Of a DNA stretch of 64,000 nucleotides, positions 42,968-52,431 are shown piece by piece; the first letter of the stretch is position 1, and every line of letters begins with the position of its first letter. The position numbers were made by a program, and so were the translations under genes. The notes beneath the pieces were generated by a model. The model saw only the letters and a list, made by a program, of their open reading frames with translations, did not search any database and was not told the DNA's origin. Source of the DNA: an uncultured Cellulomonadaceae bacterium (lineage in GTDB: Bacteria; Actinomycetota; Actinomycetes; Actinomycetales; Cellulomonadaceae); assembly GCA_947495165.1 (NCBI GenBank), contig CANLXM010000003.1, forward strand, positions 468,041-532,040, in the 5' to 3' direction.

Positions 42968-44986
42968 GTGAGCTCGAGACCCGCGCACATCCCGGCCCTC
43001 GACGGGGTCAGGGCCGTGGCGATCATCATGGTCGTCGCTTTCCATCTCGCCCCCCTGACGGTCCCGGGCGGCTTCATCGGCGTCGATGTCTTCTTCGTCC
43101 TCAGCGGGTACCTGATCACGGCGGGCCTGCTGCGCGAGCACGCCGGCGGGGGAGTGAGCTTCCGCGGGTTCTGGGAGCGACGCATCCGGCGCCTGCTCCC
43201 CGCCCTCGCCCTCGTCGTGCTCGCCTGCACCTCGGCAGCGCTCGTCGTGGGCGGGGACCTGCTCGTCGACGTCGACCGGCAGGTGCTCGGCGCCGCGACC
43301 TTCTCGAGCAACTGGCTCGCGATCGCCGGGGGTGACTCCTACTTCGCGGCGCTCGCGCCGCAGCTGTTCGCGAACCTCTGGTCCCTCGCGGTCGAGGAGC
43401 AGTTCTACCTCGTGTGGCCGGTCCTGCTCATGGCGCTGCTGGCGGTGCTGCGTCGGCGCTGGGTCGCCGGCGGCGCCGCCGTGATCGCCGTGGCGTCGGC
43501 CGGCGCGATGGCCCTCGGGTTCCCCGCCACTGCCGATCCGACGGCCGTCTACTACGCCACGCACACCCACGTCTTCGGTCTCATGGTCGGCGCCGTCGTC
43601 GCCTTCGTCGCTGCGCGGTGGGCGTGGGCACCGCGAGCGCGGGCGATCGCTGCAGTCCGTCGCGCCGCCCCCTGGGCCTTGGCTGCGCTCGTTCTCGCCG
43701 CGGCGGTGCTCCCCTGGGAGTCCGCCGTGACGTACCGCGGCGGACTGTTCGCTGTCTCGGTCGCCGCCGCGGTCGTGGTGCTCGCGCTCGTGACGCCAGG
43801 GGCGGCGCCTCGAGGGCTGGTCGGCGCGCTGTCCACGCCTGTGGCCGTCTGGGTCGGCAGGCGGAGCTACGGGATGTACCTCTGGCACTGGCCCCTCTTG
43901 GTCGTCCTGACCCAGGTGTTCGCACCGCAGTACCGGGACGGCTCGGGGGTGCTGTTCGTGTGGACGACGACGGTGGTGCTGACCGTCGCGCTGTCGGCGG
44001 CGTCCTACCGGTGGGTCGAGCGTCCCGTGGTCGAGCTCGGCTGGCGTGGTGCCGGGCGCGCGCTGCGGACGTGGGCGCTGCCGACGGGGTCCGATCCGCG
44101 TGCGGGTCGTCCGGGGATGCTGCGCCCGCGTGCCGTCGCCGTCGCGGCCAGCCTGGTCGTCACCGTGTCGATGACCACCGCTGCGGCGACGATCGCTCCG
44201 CGAGAGTCCGCGACCGAGCGGCAGATCCTCGCGGGCCAGGCGCTCGTGATCGACGGCGACGACGAGCCGGGCGACGACGCCGGAGCGTCCGCGCGCCCGG
44301 GCCCCGGTCCCGCGGCGCCGCACCGGACGCCCGAGGCAGCCGTCGCGTCGCCCGAGCCGACCCCCTCCGCCGCTGCGGCCGCCGGGCCCGCGACGGGGGC
44401 ACCGGTGCGTCCCGAGCCCGGGGACCCCACCTCGGACGCGCCCACGTCGGAGCCTCCCGCCGACGAGGCTGAGACGGCCGAGGACACCGTCGCCGCCCCG
44501 GTCGACGGACGCCAGGTCACCGTGATCGGGGACTCGGTGACGCTCGCCAGCGCGGCAGCGCTCGCCGAGGTGCTGCCCAAGGCTCGCATCGACGCCGACG
44601 TCGCCCGGCCGATGGCAGAGGCGCCCGCGCTGCTGACGAAGCTCGAGGCCAAGGGCAAGCTGCGCGACGTCGTCGTGCTGAGCCTCGCGACCAACTCCAC
44701 CCTCACGGACAAGCAGATGGACGACGTCATGGCGGTCATCGGTCCGGAGCGTCAGGTGGTGCTCGTGAACGGCTTCGCCGAGCGGCGGTGGATCCGCGGC
44801 ACCAACAAGGAGCTGGCACGGGCAGCCGAGCGCTATCCCAACGTCACCGTGGCCGACTGGGCAGCCATCATCAAGAAGCACACGGACGAGCTCGCCGGCG
44901 ACGGAATTCATCCGTCGGACGCCGGTGCGCGACGCTATGCGCGCCTCGTGCACGACGCGTGCGTCGCGGCAGCCGCGCGGCTCTGA
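42968..44986 (+). CDS. acyltransferase-3 family membrane O-acyltransferase fused to a C-terminal SGNH-like domain (OafA/YrhL type)
   Basis: IPALDGVRAVAIIMVVAFH N-terminus, about 10 TM helices, a Pro/Ala-rich linker, then VIGDSV (GDS) and DGIHP (DxxH). The GTG at 42968 follows a purine-rich stretch. The GTG at 42890 is an alternative start. Confidence 0.85.
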   Translation: MSSRPAHIPALDGVRAVAIIMVVAFHLAPLTVPGGFIGVDVFFVLSGYLITAGLLREHAGGGVSFRGFWERRIRRLLPALALVVLACTSAALVVGGDLLVDVDRQVLGAATFSSNWLAIAGGDSYFAALAPQLFANLWSLAVEEQFYLVWPVLLMALLAVLRRRWVAGGAAVIAVASAGAMALGFPATADPTAVYYATHTHVFGLMVGAVVAFVAARWAWAPRARAIAAVRRAAPWALAALVLAAAVLPWESAVTYRGGLFAVSVAAAVVVLALVTPGAAPRGLVGALSTPVAVWVGRRSYGMYLWHWPLLVVLTQVFAPQYRDGSGVLFVWTTTVVLTVALSAASYRWVERPVVELGWRGAGRALRTWALPTGSDPRAGRPGMLRPRAVAVAASLVVTVSMTTAAATIAPRESATERQILAGQALVIDGDDEPGDDAGASARPGPGPAAPHRTPEAAVASPEPTPSAAAAAGPATGAPVRPEPGDPTSDAPTSEPPADEAETAEDTVAAPVDGRQVTVIGDSVTLASAAALAEVLPKARIDADVARPMAEAPALLTKLEAKGKLRDVVVLSLATNSTLTDKQMDDVMAVIGPERQVVLVNGFAERRWIRGTNKELARAAERYPNVTVADWAAIIKKHTDELAGDGIHPSDAGARRYARLVHDACVAAAARL

Positions 44987-45070
44987 CCCGCGCGGACCCT
45001 GGTTACGCCTCGCGGCGACAGATCACATGGGTCCTAGGGCCTAAGCACGACACGCACGCGTCGAATTCCT

Positions 45071-45086
45071 TGTGATGTGCTTCACA
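45071..45086. promoter_or_regulatory. perfect CRP/GlxR-type palindrome TGTGA-n6-TCACA
   Basis: tgtgatgtgcttcaca at 45071-45086, inside the most AT-rich stretch of the window. TACGCT (45105-45110) and GATACT (45127-45132) are possible -10 hexamers downstream. Confidence 0.55.
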
Positions 45087-45358
45087 TTTGGGCCCTGGCC
45101 TTGCTACGCTGAATGAGGAAATACCTGATACTTGGAGTTTTAGTTAATTGTCTCGTCAAGGGTGACGGGCACTCCAGGTGCTTGCTGGGTGACGCGCGGG
45201 GCAAGGAGGCCCTGGGCGGCACCCGGCTGCCTCCGGCGCGCGCCGGGGGCGACGTCCCGGCACACCGGTGCCACCCCTGACTCGCAGGGATGCAAGCCAG
45301 GTCGCCTCGCGGCCGTTCACGATTTCGCGTGCAGCAGCACGCAGGGATTGGACATCAC

Positions 45359-47110
45359 ATGAGCTCTGCTTCAACGGGCCGCAGGCCCGCCACCACCTTG
45401 CACGTGGTGGCGCTGGTTCTCCTGGCGATCACCGCCATCGGGCTGATCGTGTTCCTCATGCTCTTCAACAACAAGGTTCACAACGGCTCGGTGCGGCTCA
45501 CCGACGGGTCGGGTCAGGTCTCGGAGGGTGCGGTGACGCTCGCGTCGGGAGCGACCACGGCCGCCGAGGGCGCGACCAAGCTCGCTGCGGGAGCAGGCGA
45601 CCTCGATGCCGGTGCCGCCGAGCTGGCCGACGGCTCGGCGCGGCTCAAGGACGGCGCGAGCGCGCTCAAGGACGGCAGTGCCGAGCTGCTCGACGGCGCG
45701 TCGACGCTCTCGACCGGCCTGAACGACGCCAACTCCGGGGCGGGACGCCTGGCCGCAGGTGCGGGCGAGGCTGCGCAGGGAGCCGGGGTGCTCGCGGACG
45801 GCACGGGGACCCTGCAGTCGGGGGCGGGCGACCTCACCGCGGGGACCAAGCGGCTGAAGAGCGGTGCTGGCGCGCTGGAGGACGGCGCGATCGAGCTCGA
45901 GACGGGGGCGAAGACCCTGTACGCGGGGACGAAGACGCTCGCCACCGGCGCGAAGGATCTCGCCAAGGGTGCCGGGCAAGCAGACGCCGGCGCGGCCCAG
46001 GTGCGTGAAGGTGCCGTCGGGCTGAAGGAAGGCCTCGCTGCGGCAAACCAGGCTCTGAACCGTCCGGGAAGCGTGAGCGAGCGGCCGGGGATCTTCACTG
46101 GCTTGGGCCTTCTGCACGCGCGGCTGGCGGCGGACGTTCCGACGGGGGTGGCCGAACTGAAAGAGGGCGTGCCCGCAGTCGTTGATGGAGTCGAGATGAT
46201 TGACGCGGTACTCGGCAACACGGACCTCCTGCCTGCGGTCAAGCTTGCGATGATCGAGGGAATCGTTCGGGGTCCGAGCACAAGCGAGCCAGGCCTGCTT
46301 CGGGGCGTTCGCGTCCTCGAGGCAAAGATCGTTACTGGCGAGGGGATTGCCGGCGACCCCCTCGTCACGAAGCTGGAGGGCACCTACGCGACCGTTGCCG
46401 CGTTGGACGCAGGCGCCGAGCAGTTCAATAGGGACGCGCTCGGCAAGCTCCTTCCAGGTTCCGAGCAGCTGGCGGGTGGCGCAGCCGACCTGAAGGCCGG
46501 GACAACCCGGGTGGCTGACGGCGCCAAGGATCTCTCCGGCGGGGCCGGGGCCCTCCGCGCAGGCGCGAAGAAGCTCTCGGCGGGCACCTCGACGCTCGCC
46601 GACGGCGCGAGCACGCTGGCCGCTGGCTCCACGGAGCTCAACACGGGCGCACGGCGGCTCGCCGACGGCGCCGCCAAGCTCCGCACGGGCGCGCTCTCGC
46701 TCGCGGACGGGAACGCCCAACTCGCCAACGGTGCGAGCGAGCTCGTCGCCGGGACCGGTCAGCTCTCCGCCGGCGCCGGTCAGCTCCGCGACGGCGTCGG
46801 CCGCCTCGACGCCGGTGCGGCCGAGCTCGCCGCCGGTTCCACGACCCTCGCGGAGGGCACCACCACCCTCAAGGAGGGCACCACGACCCTCTCGCAGGGT
46901 GCGAAGGACCTCGCTGACGGCACCACCCAGCTCTCGGCCGGCGCCGGCGAGCTGCAGAGCGGGACCGTGCAGGTAGCGGACGGCAACGCGAAGCTGAAGG
47001 CCGACGTCGAGGAGGGTCCGCAGAAGCCCCTCGCGATCGGCGGTGGCATCCTCACGCTGCTCGCCCTCGGTGCCGGGATCTCGGCGCTCGGGATGCGTCG
47101 CGACGCCTGA
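45359..47110 (+). CDS. membrane protein (one TM helix at each end) made of two xxxLxxG heptad-repeat arrays flanking a central domain (YhgE/Pip-ectodomain-like)
   Basis: N-terminal TM helix (LHVVALVLLAITAIGLIVFLMLF) and C-terminal TM helix (LAIGGGILTLLALGAGISALGM) followed by RRDA. Period-7 repeats such as AELADGS/ARLKDGA/SALKDGS/AELLDGA. The ATG at 45290 is an alternative start, but GC3 is poorer upstream of 45359. Confidence 0.8.
   Translation: MSSASTGRRPATTLHVVALVLLAITAIGLIVFLMLFNNKVHNGSVRLTDGSGQVSEGAVTLASGATTAAEGATKLAAGAGDLDAGAAELADGSARLKDGASALKDGSAELLDGASTLSTGLNDANSGAGRLAAGAGEAAQGAGVLADGTGTLQSGAGDLTAGTKRLKSGAGALEDGAIELETGAKTLYAGTKTLATGAKDLAKGAGQADAGAAQVREGAVGLKEGLAAANQALNRPGSVSERPGIFTGLGLLHARLAADVPTGVAELKEGVPAVVDGVEMIDAVLGNTDLLPAVKLAMIEGIVRGPSTSEPGLLRGVRVLEAKIVTGEGIAGDPLVTKLEGTYATVAALDAGAEQFNRDALGKLLPGSEQLAGGAADLKAGTTRVADGAKDLSGGAGALRAGAKKLSAGTSTLADGASTLAAGSTELNTGARRLADGAAKLRTGALSLADGNAQLANGASELVAGTGQLSAGAGQLRDGVGRLDAGAAELAAGSTTLAEGTTTLKEGTTTLSQGAKDLADGTTQLSAGAGELQSGTVQVADGNAKLKADVEEGPQKPLAIGGGILTLLALGAGISALGMRRDA
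45497..46060 (+). repeat. coding heptad-repeat array 1 (about 27 x 21 nt, degenerate)
   Basis: Residues about 47-234 of the 583-aa protein. Leu and Gly recur with period 7. Confidence 0.75.
46454..47002 (+). repeat. coding heptad-repeat array 2 (about 26 x 21 nt, degenerate)
   Basis: Residues about 366-548 of the same protein, with the same period-7 Leu/Gly pattern (STLADGA/STLAAGS/TELNTGA/RRLADGA..). Confidence 0.75.
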
Positions 47111-47229
47111 CCCGCTCGAACCGACCGGCCCCTCGTCGCACCCGCGGCGGGGGGCCGGCGGCGTGCGGGCTCGCGCGAACGAGGGGGCGAAGGCTCGACG
47201 CTCCAGGACGGCACCTAGGATGAGTCATC

Positions 47230-48186
47230 ATGCGCCTTCTGTTCGCAGGGACCCCCGACGTTGCGGTCCCGACCCTCGAAGCCCTCGTCGACTCGCCCCA
47301 CGAGGTCGCGGCCGTGCTGACGCGCGCGGACGCCCCCGCCGGGCGGGGCCGTCGCCTCACCCCCAGCCCGGTGCGCGCGCGCGCCGAGGAGCTTGGCATC
47401 GAGGTGATCACGGGCAGCCCCAGCGATCCCGAGGTCCAAGACCGGCTCCAGGCGCTCGACGTCGACTGCGCGCCGGTCGTCGCCTATGGGCAGCTGCTGC
47501 GCCCCGACGTCCTGGCGATCCCCAGGCTGGGCTGGGTCAACCTGCACTTCTCGCTGCTCCCGGCCTGGCGGGGCGCAGCACCGGTGCAGCGCGCGATCAT
47601 GGCGGGCGACGAGGTCACGGGGGCGACGACCTTCCTCATCGAGGCGGGCCTCGACACCGGTCCCGTGCTGGGCACGCTGACCGAGACGATCCGTCCGCGC
47701 GACACCTCGGGCGATCTCCTGGGCCGCCTCGCGCTCGCCGGCGCGCCGCTCATGGTCGCCACCATGGACGCTCTGGAGACGGGCCAGCTCACCCCGGTGC
47801 AGCAGAGCGCTGACGGCGTCAGCCACGCCGCGAAGATCACCGTCGACGAGGCGCGCGTGCGCTGGGACCACCCCGCCCTCGCGGTCGACCGCCAGGTCCG
47901 CGGCTGCACGCCTGCCCCGGGCGCCTGGACCACCCTTCCGGACGGCGCCCGCCTGGGCCTCGGCCCGGTTACCGTCGTCACCGAGCACACCGAGCCACCT
48001 CTCGCCCCGGGCGAGATCCGCGTGACGAAGCGCGACGTCGTCGTCGGCGTGGCCGGGGGAGCGGTCCGTCTGGGGGACGTCGCCCCCGTCGGCAAGAAGC
48101 ACATGCCGGCTGCCGACTGGGCGCGCGGCGCTCGACTCGCCGACGGGACGCCCGTCGCTGACGGCCTCCGGCTCGGTGCCGCATGA
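47230..48186 (+). CDS. fmt: methionyl-tRNA formyltransferase
   Basis: [28 protein letters not shown]. Confidence 0.95.
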   Translation: MRLLFAGTPDVAVPTLEALVDSPHEVAAVLTRADAPAGRGRRLTPSPVRARAEELGIEVITGSPSDPEVQDRLQALDVDCAPVVAYGQLLRPDVLAIPRLGWVNLHFSLLPAWRGAAPVQRAIMAGDEVTGATTFLIEAGLDTGPVLGTLTETIRPRDTSGDLLGRLALAGAPLMVATMDALETGQLTPVQQSADGVSHAAKITVDEARVRWDHPALAVDRQVRGCTPAPGAWTTLPDGARLGLGPVTVVTEHTEPPLAPGEIRVTKRDVVVGVAGGAVRLGDVAPVGKKHMPAADWARGARLADGTPVADGLRLGAA

Positions 48187-49682
48187 GCGACCAGCCCTAC
48201 CGCGACGCCCAGGGCCGCGAGCGCCGCGGCCGTGACACCCCGGCCCCGCGCGGCGCGCTCGCGCCCGGGCAGCGCCGGCGCGGCACCGACGCGTCTCGCG
48301 AGGTGGCGTTCGAGGTCCTGCGCGAGGTCAGCGGCTCGGACGCCTATGCCAACCTGGTCCTCCCGCCCGCGCTGCGCCGCCGCCACCTGTCCGGCCGGGA
48401 CGCGGCCTTCGCGACCGAGCTCACGTACGGGACGCTGCGGTTGCGCGGACGCTACGACGCGATCCTCGCGCACTGCGTGACCCGCCCGCTGGCGTCGCTC
48501 GACGAGCCGGTGCTGGACATCCTGCGCCTCGGCGCGCACCAGATCCTCGGCATGCGGGTCGCGGCCCACGCGGCCGTGTCCGAGACGGTCGGGCTCGCGC
48601 GGGCGCACGTGGGCGCGGGCAGCGCCCAGCTGGTCAATGCCGTCCTGCGCGCGGTGTCCCGCACGCCGCTCGAGGAATGGCTCGTGCGGATCTCGGCGGA
48701 CGTCGACGGCGTCGAGCGCAGCGCGCTGCTGGAGAGTCACCCTGTGTGGATCGCCCGCGCGCTGCGGGAGTCCCTCGGGGCGACCGGCCGCGACGTGGCC
48801 GAGCTCGACGAGCTCCTCGCCGCGCACAACGACGCCGCCCGGGTGACGCTCGTCGCACGCCCCGGGTTGCTCGACGTCTCCGCGCTCGCCGCCGAAGCCA
48901 CAGCGGCTGGTGCGACGCTCCGGCCGGGTCGCTACGCCGCCACGGCGGGAGTCCTCTCCGGGACCGACCCTGGCGCGATCCCCGCCGTGCGCGCGGGCGC
49001 CGCGGGCGTCCAGGACGAGGGGAGCCAGCTGGTGACCCTCGCGTTCCTGGCCGCCACCGTCGACGGCTCGGACGACCGCTGGCTCGACATGTGCGCCGGT
49101 CCTGGCGGCAAGGCCGCGCTCATGGCCGCCGAGGCCGGGGAGCGCGGGGCGCGCGTCCTGGCGAACGAGGTCGCACCGCACCGCGCCCGCCTGGTCGAGC
49201 AGTCCCTCGCCGCCGTCCCGGCCGATGCTGTCGAGGACGTCGTCGTCGGCGACGGCCGCCGGTTCGGCCAGGCGGACCCGGGCGGGTTCGACCGCGTGCT
49301 CCTCGATGCCCCCTGCACGGGGCTCGGCGCGCTCCGGCGCCGTCCCGAGGCACGCTGGCGCCGGACGCCCGCAGACGTGCCGGTCCTGACGTCTCTGCAG
49401 CACGAGCTGCTCGACTCTGCGCTCTCGGCAGTGCGCCCGGGGGGCGTCGTGGGATACGTGACCTGCTCACCGCACCTGGCGGAGACCCGCCTCGTGGTTC
49501 AGGACGTCCTCGCGCGGCACGCCGACGTCGAGCTGCTCGACGCCACGGAGCTCGTCCGCGACGTCAGCGTCGGGGAGATCGAGCTCGACGCCGGCCCGCA
49601 CGTCCAGCTGTGGCCGCACGTGCACGGCACCGACGCCATGCATCTCACGGTGCTCCGGCGCAGGCCGTCGCCCGAGCGCTAG
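48183..49682 (+). CDS. rsmB: 16S rRNA (cytosine967-C5)-methyltransferase RsmB/Sun
   Basis: ATGA overlap with fmt. NusB-like N-domain, SAM site [10 protein letters not shown], catalytic [15 protein letters not shown] and YVTCS. Confidence 0.92.
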   Translation: MSDQPYRDAQGRERRGRDTPAPRGALAPGQRRRGTDASREVAFEVLREVSGSDAYANLVLPPALRRRHLSGRDAAFATELTYGTLRLRGRYDAILAHCVTRPLASLDEPVLDILRLGAHQILGMRVAAHAAVSETVGLARAHVGAGSAQLVNAVLRAVSRTPLEEWLVRISADVDGVERSALLESHPVWIARALRESLGATGRDVAELDELLAAHNDAARVTLVARPGLLDVSALAAEATAAGATLRPGRYAATAGVLSGTDPGAIPAVRAGAAGVQDEGSQLVTLAFLAATVDGSDDRWLDMCAGPGGKAALMAAEAGERGARVLANEVAPHRARLVEQSLAAVPADAVEDVVVGDGRRFGQADPGGFDRVLLDAPCTGLGALRRRPEARWRRTPADVPVLTSLQHELLDSALSAVRPGGVVGYVTCSPHLAETRLVVQDVLARHADVELLDATELVRDVSVGEIELDAGPHVQLWPHVHGTDAMHLTVLRRRPSPER

Positions 49683-49683
49683 G

Positions 49684-50355
49684 GTGAGCGCCATGGCTGC
49701 CCAGATCAACCCCAGCATCCTCTCCGCGGACTTCGCGAACCTCGAACGTGACCTGAAGACGATCGCGTCGGCCGACGCCGCGCACGTCGACGTCATGGAC
49801 AACCACTTCGTGCCCAACCTGACCCTCGGGCTGCCCGTGGTGCAGTCGCTGCTGGCAGTCACGCCGCTGCCGATCGACGTTCACCTGATGATCGCCGACC
49901 CGGACCGCTGGGCCGCCGCGTACGCCGAGGCCGGCGCCTCGTCCGTGACCTTCCACGCCGAGGCCGCTGCGGCTCCCGTGCGCCTCGCCCGGGAGATCCG
50001 CAAGCAGGGAGCACGCGCCGCGATCGCCCTGCGCCCTGCGACGCCGATCGAGCCGTACCTCGACCTGCTGCCGGAGTTCGACATGGTGCTCGTGATGACG
50101 GTCGAGCCCGGGTTCGGCGGGCAGTCGTTCCTGGACGGGACCCTCGGCAAGATCCGCCGTGTCCGTGCGGCGATCAGCGCGGCGAACCTCGAGATCTCCG
50201 TCCAGGTGGACGGTGGCATCTCCCGCGAGACGATCGACCGCGCGGCCGAGGCCGGCGCCGACGTCTTCGTCGCTGGTTCGGCCGTGTTCGGGGCCGCAGA
50301 CATCCCGGCGGAGATCGCCACCCTGCGCCAGATGGCGTCGCGCCACACGCACTGA
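49684..50355 (+). CDS. rpe: ribulose-phosphate 3-epimerase
   Basis: [40 protein letters not shown]. The ATG at 49693 is an alternative start. Confidence 0.95.
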   Translation: MSAMAAQINPSILSADFANLERDLKTIASADAAHVDVMDNHFVPNLTLGLPVVQSLLAVTPLPIDVHLMIADPDRWAAAYAEAGASSVTFHAEAAAAPVRLAREIRKQGARAAIALRPATPIEPYLDLLPEFDMVLVMTVEPGFGGQSFLDGTLGKIRRVRAAISAANLEISVQVDGGISRETIDRAAEAGADVFVAGSAVFGAADIPAEIATLRQMASRHTH

Positions 50356-50405
50356 CGGGCGGTGGCGGAATACGCCGGCCGGTTGTGGCATTGTTAGCGG
50401 CAGAG

Positions 50406-50549
50406 CACATGCTCCGGGGTCGGTGAAAATCCGAGCCGGCGGTCACAGTCCGCGAACCTGCTCCGCGCCATCCACCGGGTGACGTGGGACGGGCCGACCT
50501 GGTGGAACTCCAGGACCGACGGTCAAAGTCCGGATGAGAGGCGCATGTG
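50406..50549 (+). promoter_or_regulatory. FMN riboswitch (RFN element)
   Basis: P1 helix cacatgc (50406-12) / gcatgtg (50543-49). Conserved cores ggggtcggtgaaaatccgagccggcggt, agtccgcgaac, ggtggaactccaggaccgacggtcaaagtccggatga. Lies directly upstream of ribD. Confidence 0.9.
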
Positions 50550-50550
50550 A

Positions 50551-50575
50551 CGCGGACGGCCTCGTGCCGTCCGCG
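50551..50575 (+). terminator. riboswitch expression-platform hairpin (terminator or sequestor)
   Basis: cgcggacggc / gccgtccgcg, a 10-bp perfect stem with a ctcgt loop, starting 1 nt after P1. No U-tract. Confidence 0.5.
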
Positions 50576-50622
50576 GCGCGTTGCGCGCGCCCACCCCCGG
50601 AGCCCTGATCCGGGAAGGTTCC

Positions 50623-51726
50623 ATGCCAGAGCACCACGTCACCGGCCCCGACGACGCGCTCGCCCGAGCCGTCGCGCTGGCCGAGCGTGGACCCGCCGGG
50701 GGAGCGAACCCGCGGGTCGGCTGCGTCGTGACGGATGCGGACGGCGTCGTCCTCGCCGAGGGGTGGCACCGGGGCGCCGGCACCCCCCACGCCGAGGCGG
50801 CAGCCCTCGCTGCCGCCGCCGCGCAGGGCACCGCCCTGCGCGGCGCCCACGCCTACGTGACCCTCGAGCCGTGCGCCCACACAGGACGTACCGGCCCGTG
50901 CGCCGAGGCGCTGATCGACGCCGGGGTCGCGTCCGTCACCTACGCGGTGGCCGATCCCAACCCGGTCGCAGCGGGTGGCGCCGCGCGTCTGCGTGCCGCC
51001 GGCGTGGACGTCCGCGGCCCGCTCGACCCCGCGGGCGCTGCCGGCGCCCTCGTGCGCGAGTGGTCGACCGCCGTGCGCCGGGGGCGGCCGTTCGTGACGG
51101 TGAAGACCGCAACCACCCTCGACGGCCGGATCGCGGCCGCGGACGGCACGAGCCGGTGGATCACCTCGCCCGAGGCTCGTGCGCACGCGCACGGGCTCCG
51201 CGCTCGCGTGGGCGCGATCGTGGTCGGTACAGGCACCGCGCTGGCCGACGACCCCGCCCTGACCGTGCGCCTGGCGCCGGACTCCTCGGGCACGCACTCG
51301 CCTGGCCCGAGCACCGCAGGCGGGGACGAGCAGTCCCAGCCGTGGCGCGTCGTCGTCGGCCTGCGCGACCTGCCCGACGACGCGCGGATGCGTGGTGAGC
51401 GGTTCGTGCACGTGCACAGCCACGACCCCGCGGAGGTGCTCGCCGAGCTGCACGCGCGCGAGGTCCGGCACGTGCTCGTCGAGGGCGGCCCGCGACTCGC
51501 GACCGCGTTCCTGCGCGCCGGGCTCGTCGACGAGCTCTACGCCTACGTGGCACCCGTCCTGCTCGGGGCCGGCAAGCTCGCCGTCGAGGACCTCGGCGTT
51601 ACCACGATCACCGACGCCGTGCGCTTGCACCCGCGCAGCGTCACCCCGCTCGGACCAGACGTCGTGCTGGTCTGCGACCTCGGCCAGGAGCCTGCGGGCT
51701 CGTACCACTCGGACCAGGAGAGCTAG
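50623..51726 (+). CDS. ribD: bifunctional riboflavin biosynthesis deaminase/reductase RibD
   Basis: ATG at 50623 after GGGAAGG. Deaminase HAEAAAL..PCAHTGRTGPC. Reductase VTVKTATTLDGRIA. Confidence 0.93.
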   Translation: MPEHHVTGPDDALARAVALAERGPAGGANPRVGCVVTDADGVVLAEGWHRGAGTPHAEAAALAAAAAQGTALRGAHAYVTLEPCAHTGRTGPCAEALIDAGVASVTYAVADPNPVAAGGAARLRAAGVDVRGPLDPAGAAGALVREWSTAVRRGRPFVTVKTATTLDGRIAAADGTSRWITSPEARAHAHGLRARVGAIVVGTGTALADDPALTVRLAPDSSGTHSPGPSTAGGDEQSQPWRVVVGLRDLPDDARMRGERFVHVHSHDPAEVLAELHAREVRHVLVEGGPRLATAFLRAGLVDELYAYVAPVLLGAGKLAVEDLGVTTITDAVRLHPRSVTPLGPDVVLVCDLGQEPAGSYHSDQES

Positions 51727-52431
51727 ATGTTCACCGGAATCGTCGAGGAGCTCGGGGAGCTCGTCGCCCTCGAGGACCTCGGGCAGGACGCGCGGATCGT
51801 GGTCCGCGGCCCGCTCGTCACGTCCGACGCCCGGCTGGGCGACTCGATCGCCGTCGACGGCGTGTGCCTGACCGTCACCGCGATCGACGACGGCACGTTC
51901 AGCGCCGACGTCATGCCGGAGACGCTCACGCACACCACCCTCGGCGGGCTCGTCGCGGGTGCTGGCGTCAACCTCGAGCGCGCGCTCCAGGCCGGTGCGC
52001 GCCTCGGCGGGCACGCCGTGCAGGGGCACGTCGACGGCGTCGGCACGATCGTCGCCCGCACGCCGGGGGCGCGGTGGGACGACGTCGACATCGAGGTGCC
52101 GGACGCGCTCGCACGGTACCTCGCCCGGAAGGGCTCCATCACGATCTCCGGCGTCTCGCTCACCGTCACGCACGTGACCGGCAACGTCTTCGGGGTCTCG
52201 CTCATCCCGACGACGCTCGAGGCGACGACCCTGGGCGACCTCAAGCCCGGCAGCCAGGTCAACCTCGAGGTCGACGTGATGGCGAAGTACGTCGAGCGCC
52301 TCGTCGCGGCGGCCGCGCCGCTCACCCCGGGCGCGACGACCGCGCGCACGGCTGACCCCGACGAGCTGGACGACGCCGAGGTCGACCTCGCCCGGACGTA
52401 CGTCGAGCGCTTCACCCAGGAGGACGCATGA
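51727..52431 (+). CDS. ribE: riboflavin synthase (alpha chain)
   Basis: MFTGIVEELG, with a duplicated lumazine-binding repeat (GDSIAVDGVCLTV / GSITISGVSLTV). Confidence 0.95.
   Translation: MFTGIVEELGELVALEDLGQDARIVVRGPLVTSDARLGDSIAVDGVCLTVTAIDDGTFSADVMPETLTHTTLGGLVAGAGVNLERALQAGARLGGHAVQGHVDGVGTIVARTPGARWDDVDIEVPDALARYLARKGSITISGVSLTVTHVTGNVFGVSLIPTTLEATTLGDLKPGSQVNLEVDVMAKYVERLVAAAAPLTPGATTARTADPDELDDAEVDLARTYVERFTQEDA

Noticed and set aside
40699-44953. 870-aa and 686-aa ORFs antisense to priA and the acyltransferase
   Set aside because: High-GC antisense artefacts with no motifs. The sense-strand genes have clear domain signatures.
45290-45358. Upstream in-frame ATG at 45290 as the start of the heptad-repeat protein
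   Set aside because: Third-position GC in these 23 codons is noticeably lower than downstream, and the putative SD abuts the ATG. I kept 45359, but the start remains uncertain.
45268-46720. Several long ORFs in other frames and on the opposite strand of the heptad-repeat gene (45268-46008 +, 45371-46720 -, 45514-46383 -)
   Set aside because: These are by-products of GC-rich 21-nt periodic repeats. Only the 45359-47110 frame has TM helices at both ends and a clean period-7 Leu/Gly pattern.
47020-47110. Possible sortase sorting signal at the C-terminus of the heptad-repeat protein (PLAIGG + hydrophobic stretch + RRDA)
   Set aside because: The tripartite shape is suggestive, but the motif is LAIGG, not LPxTG or LAxTG (the Thr is missing). 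I treat it as a plain C-terminal TM anchor unless a sortase-dependence test says otherwise.
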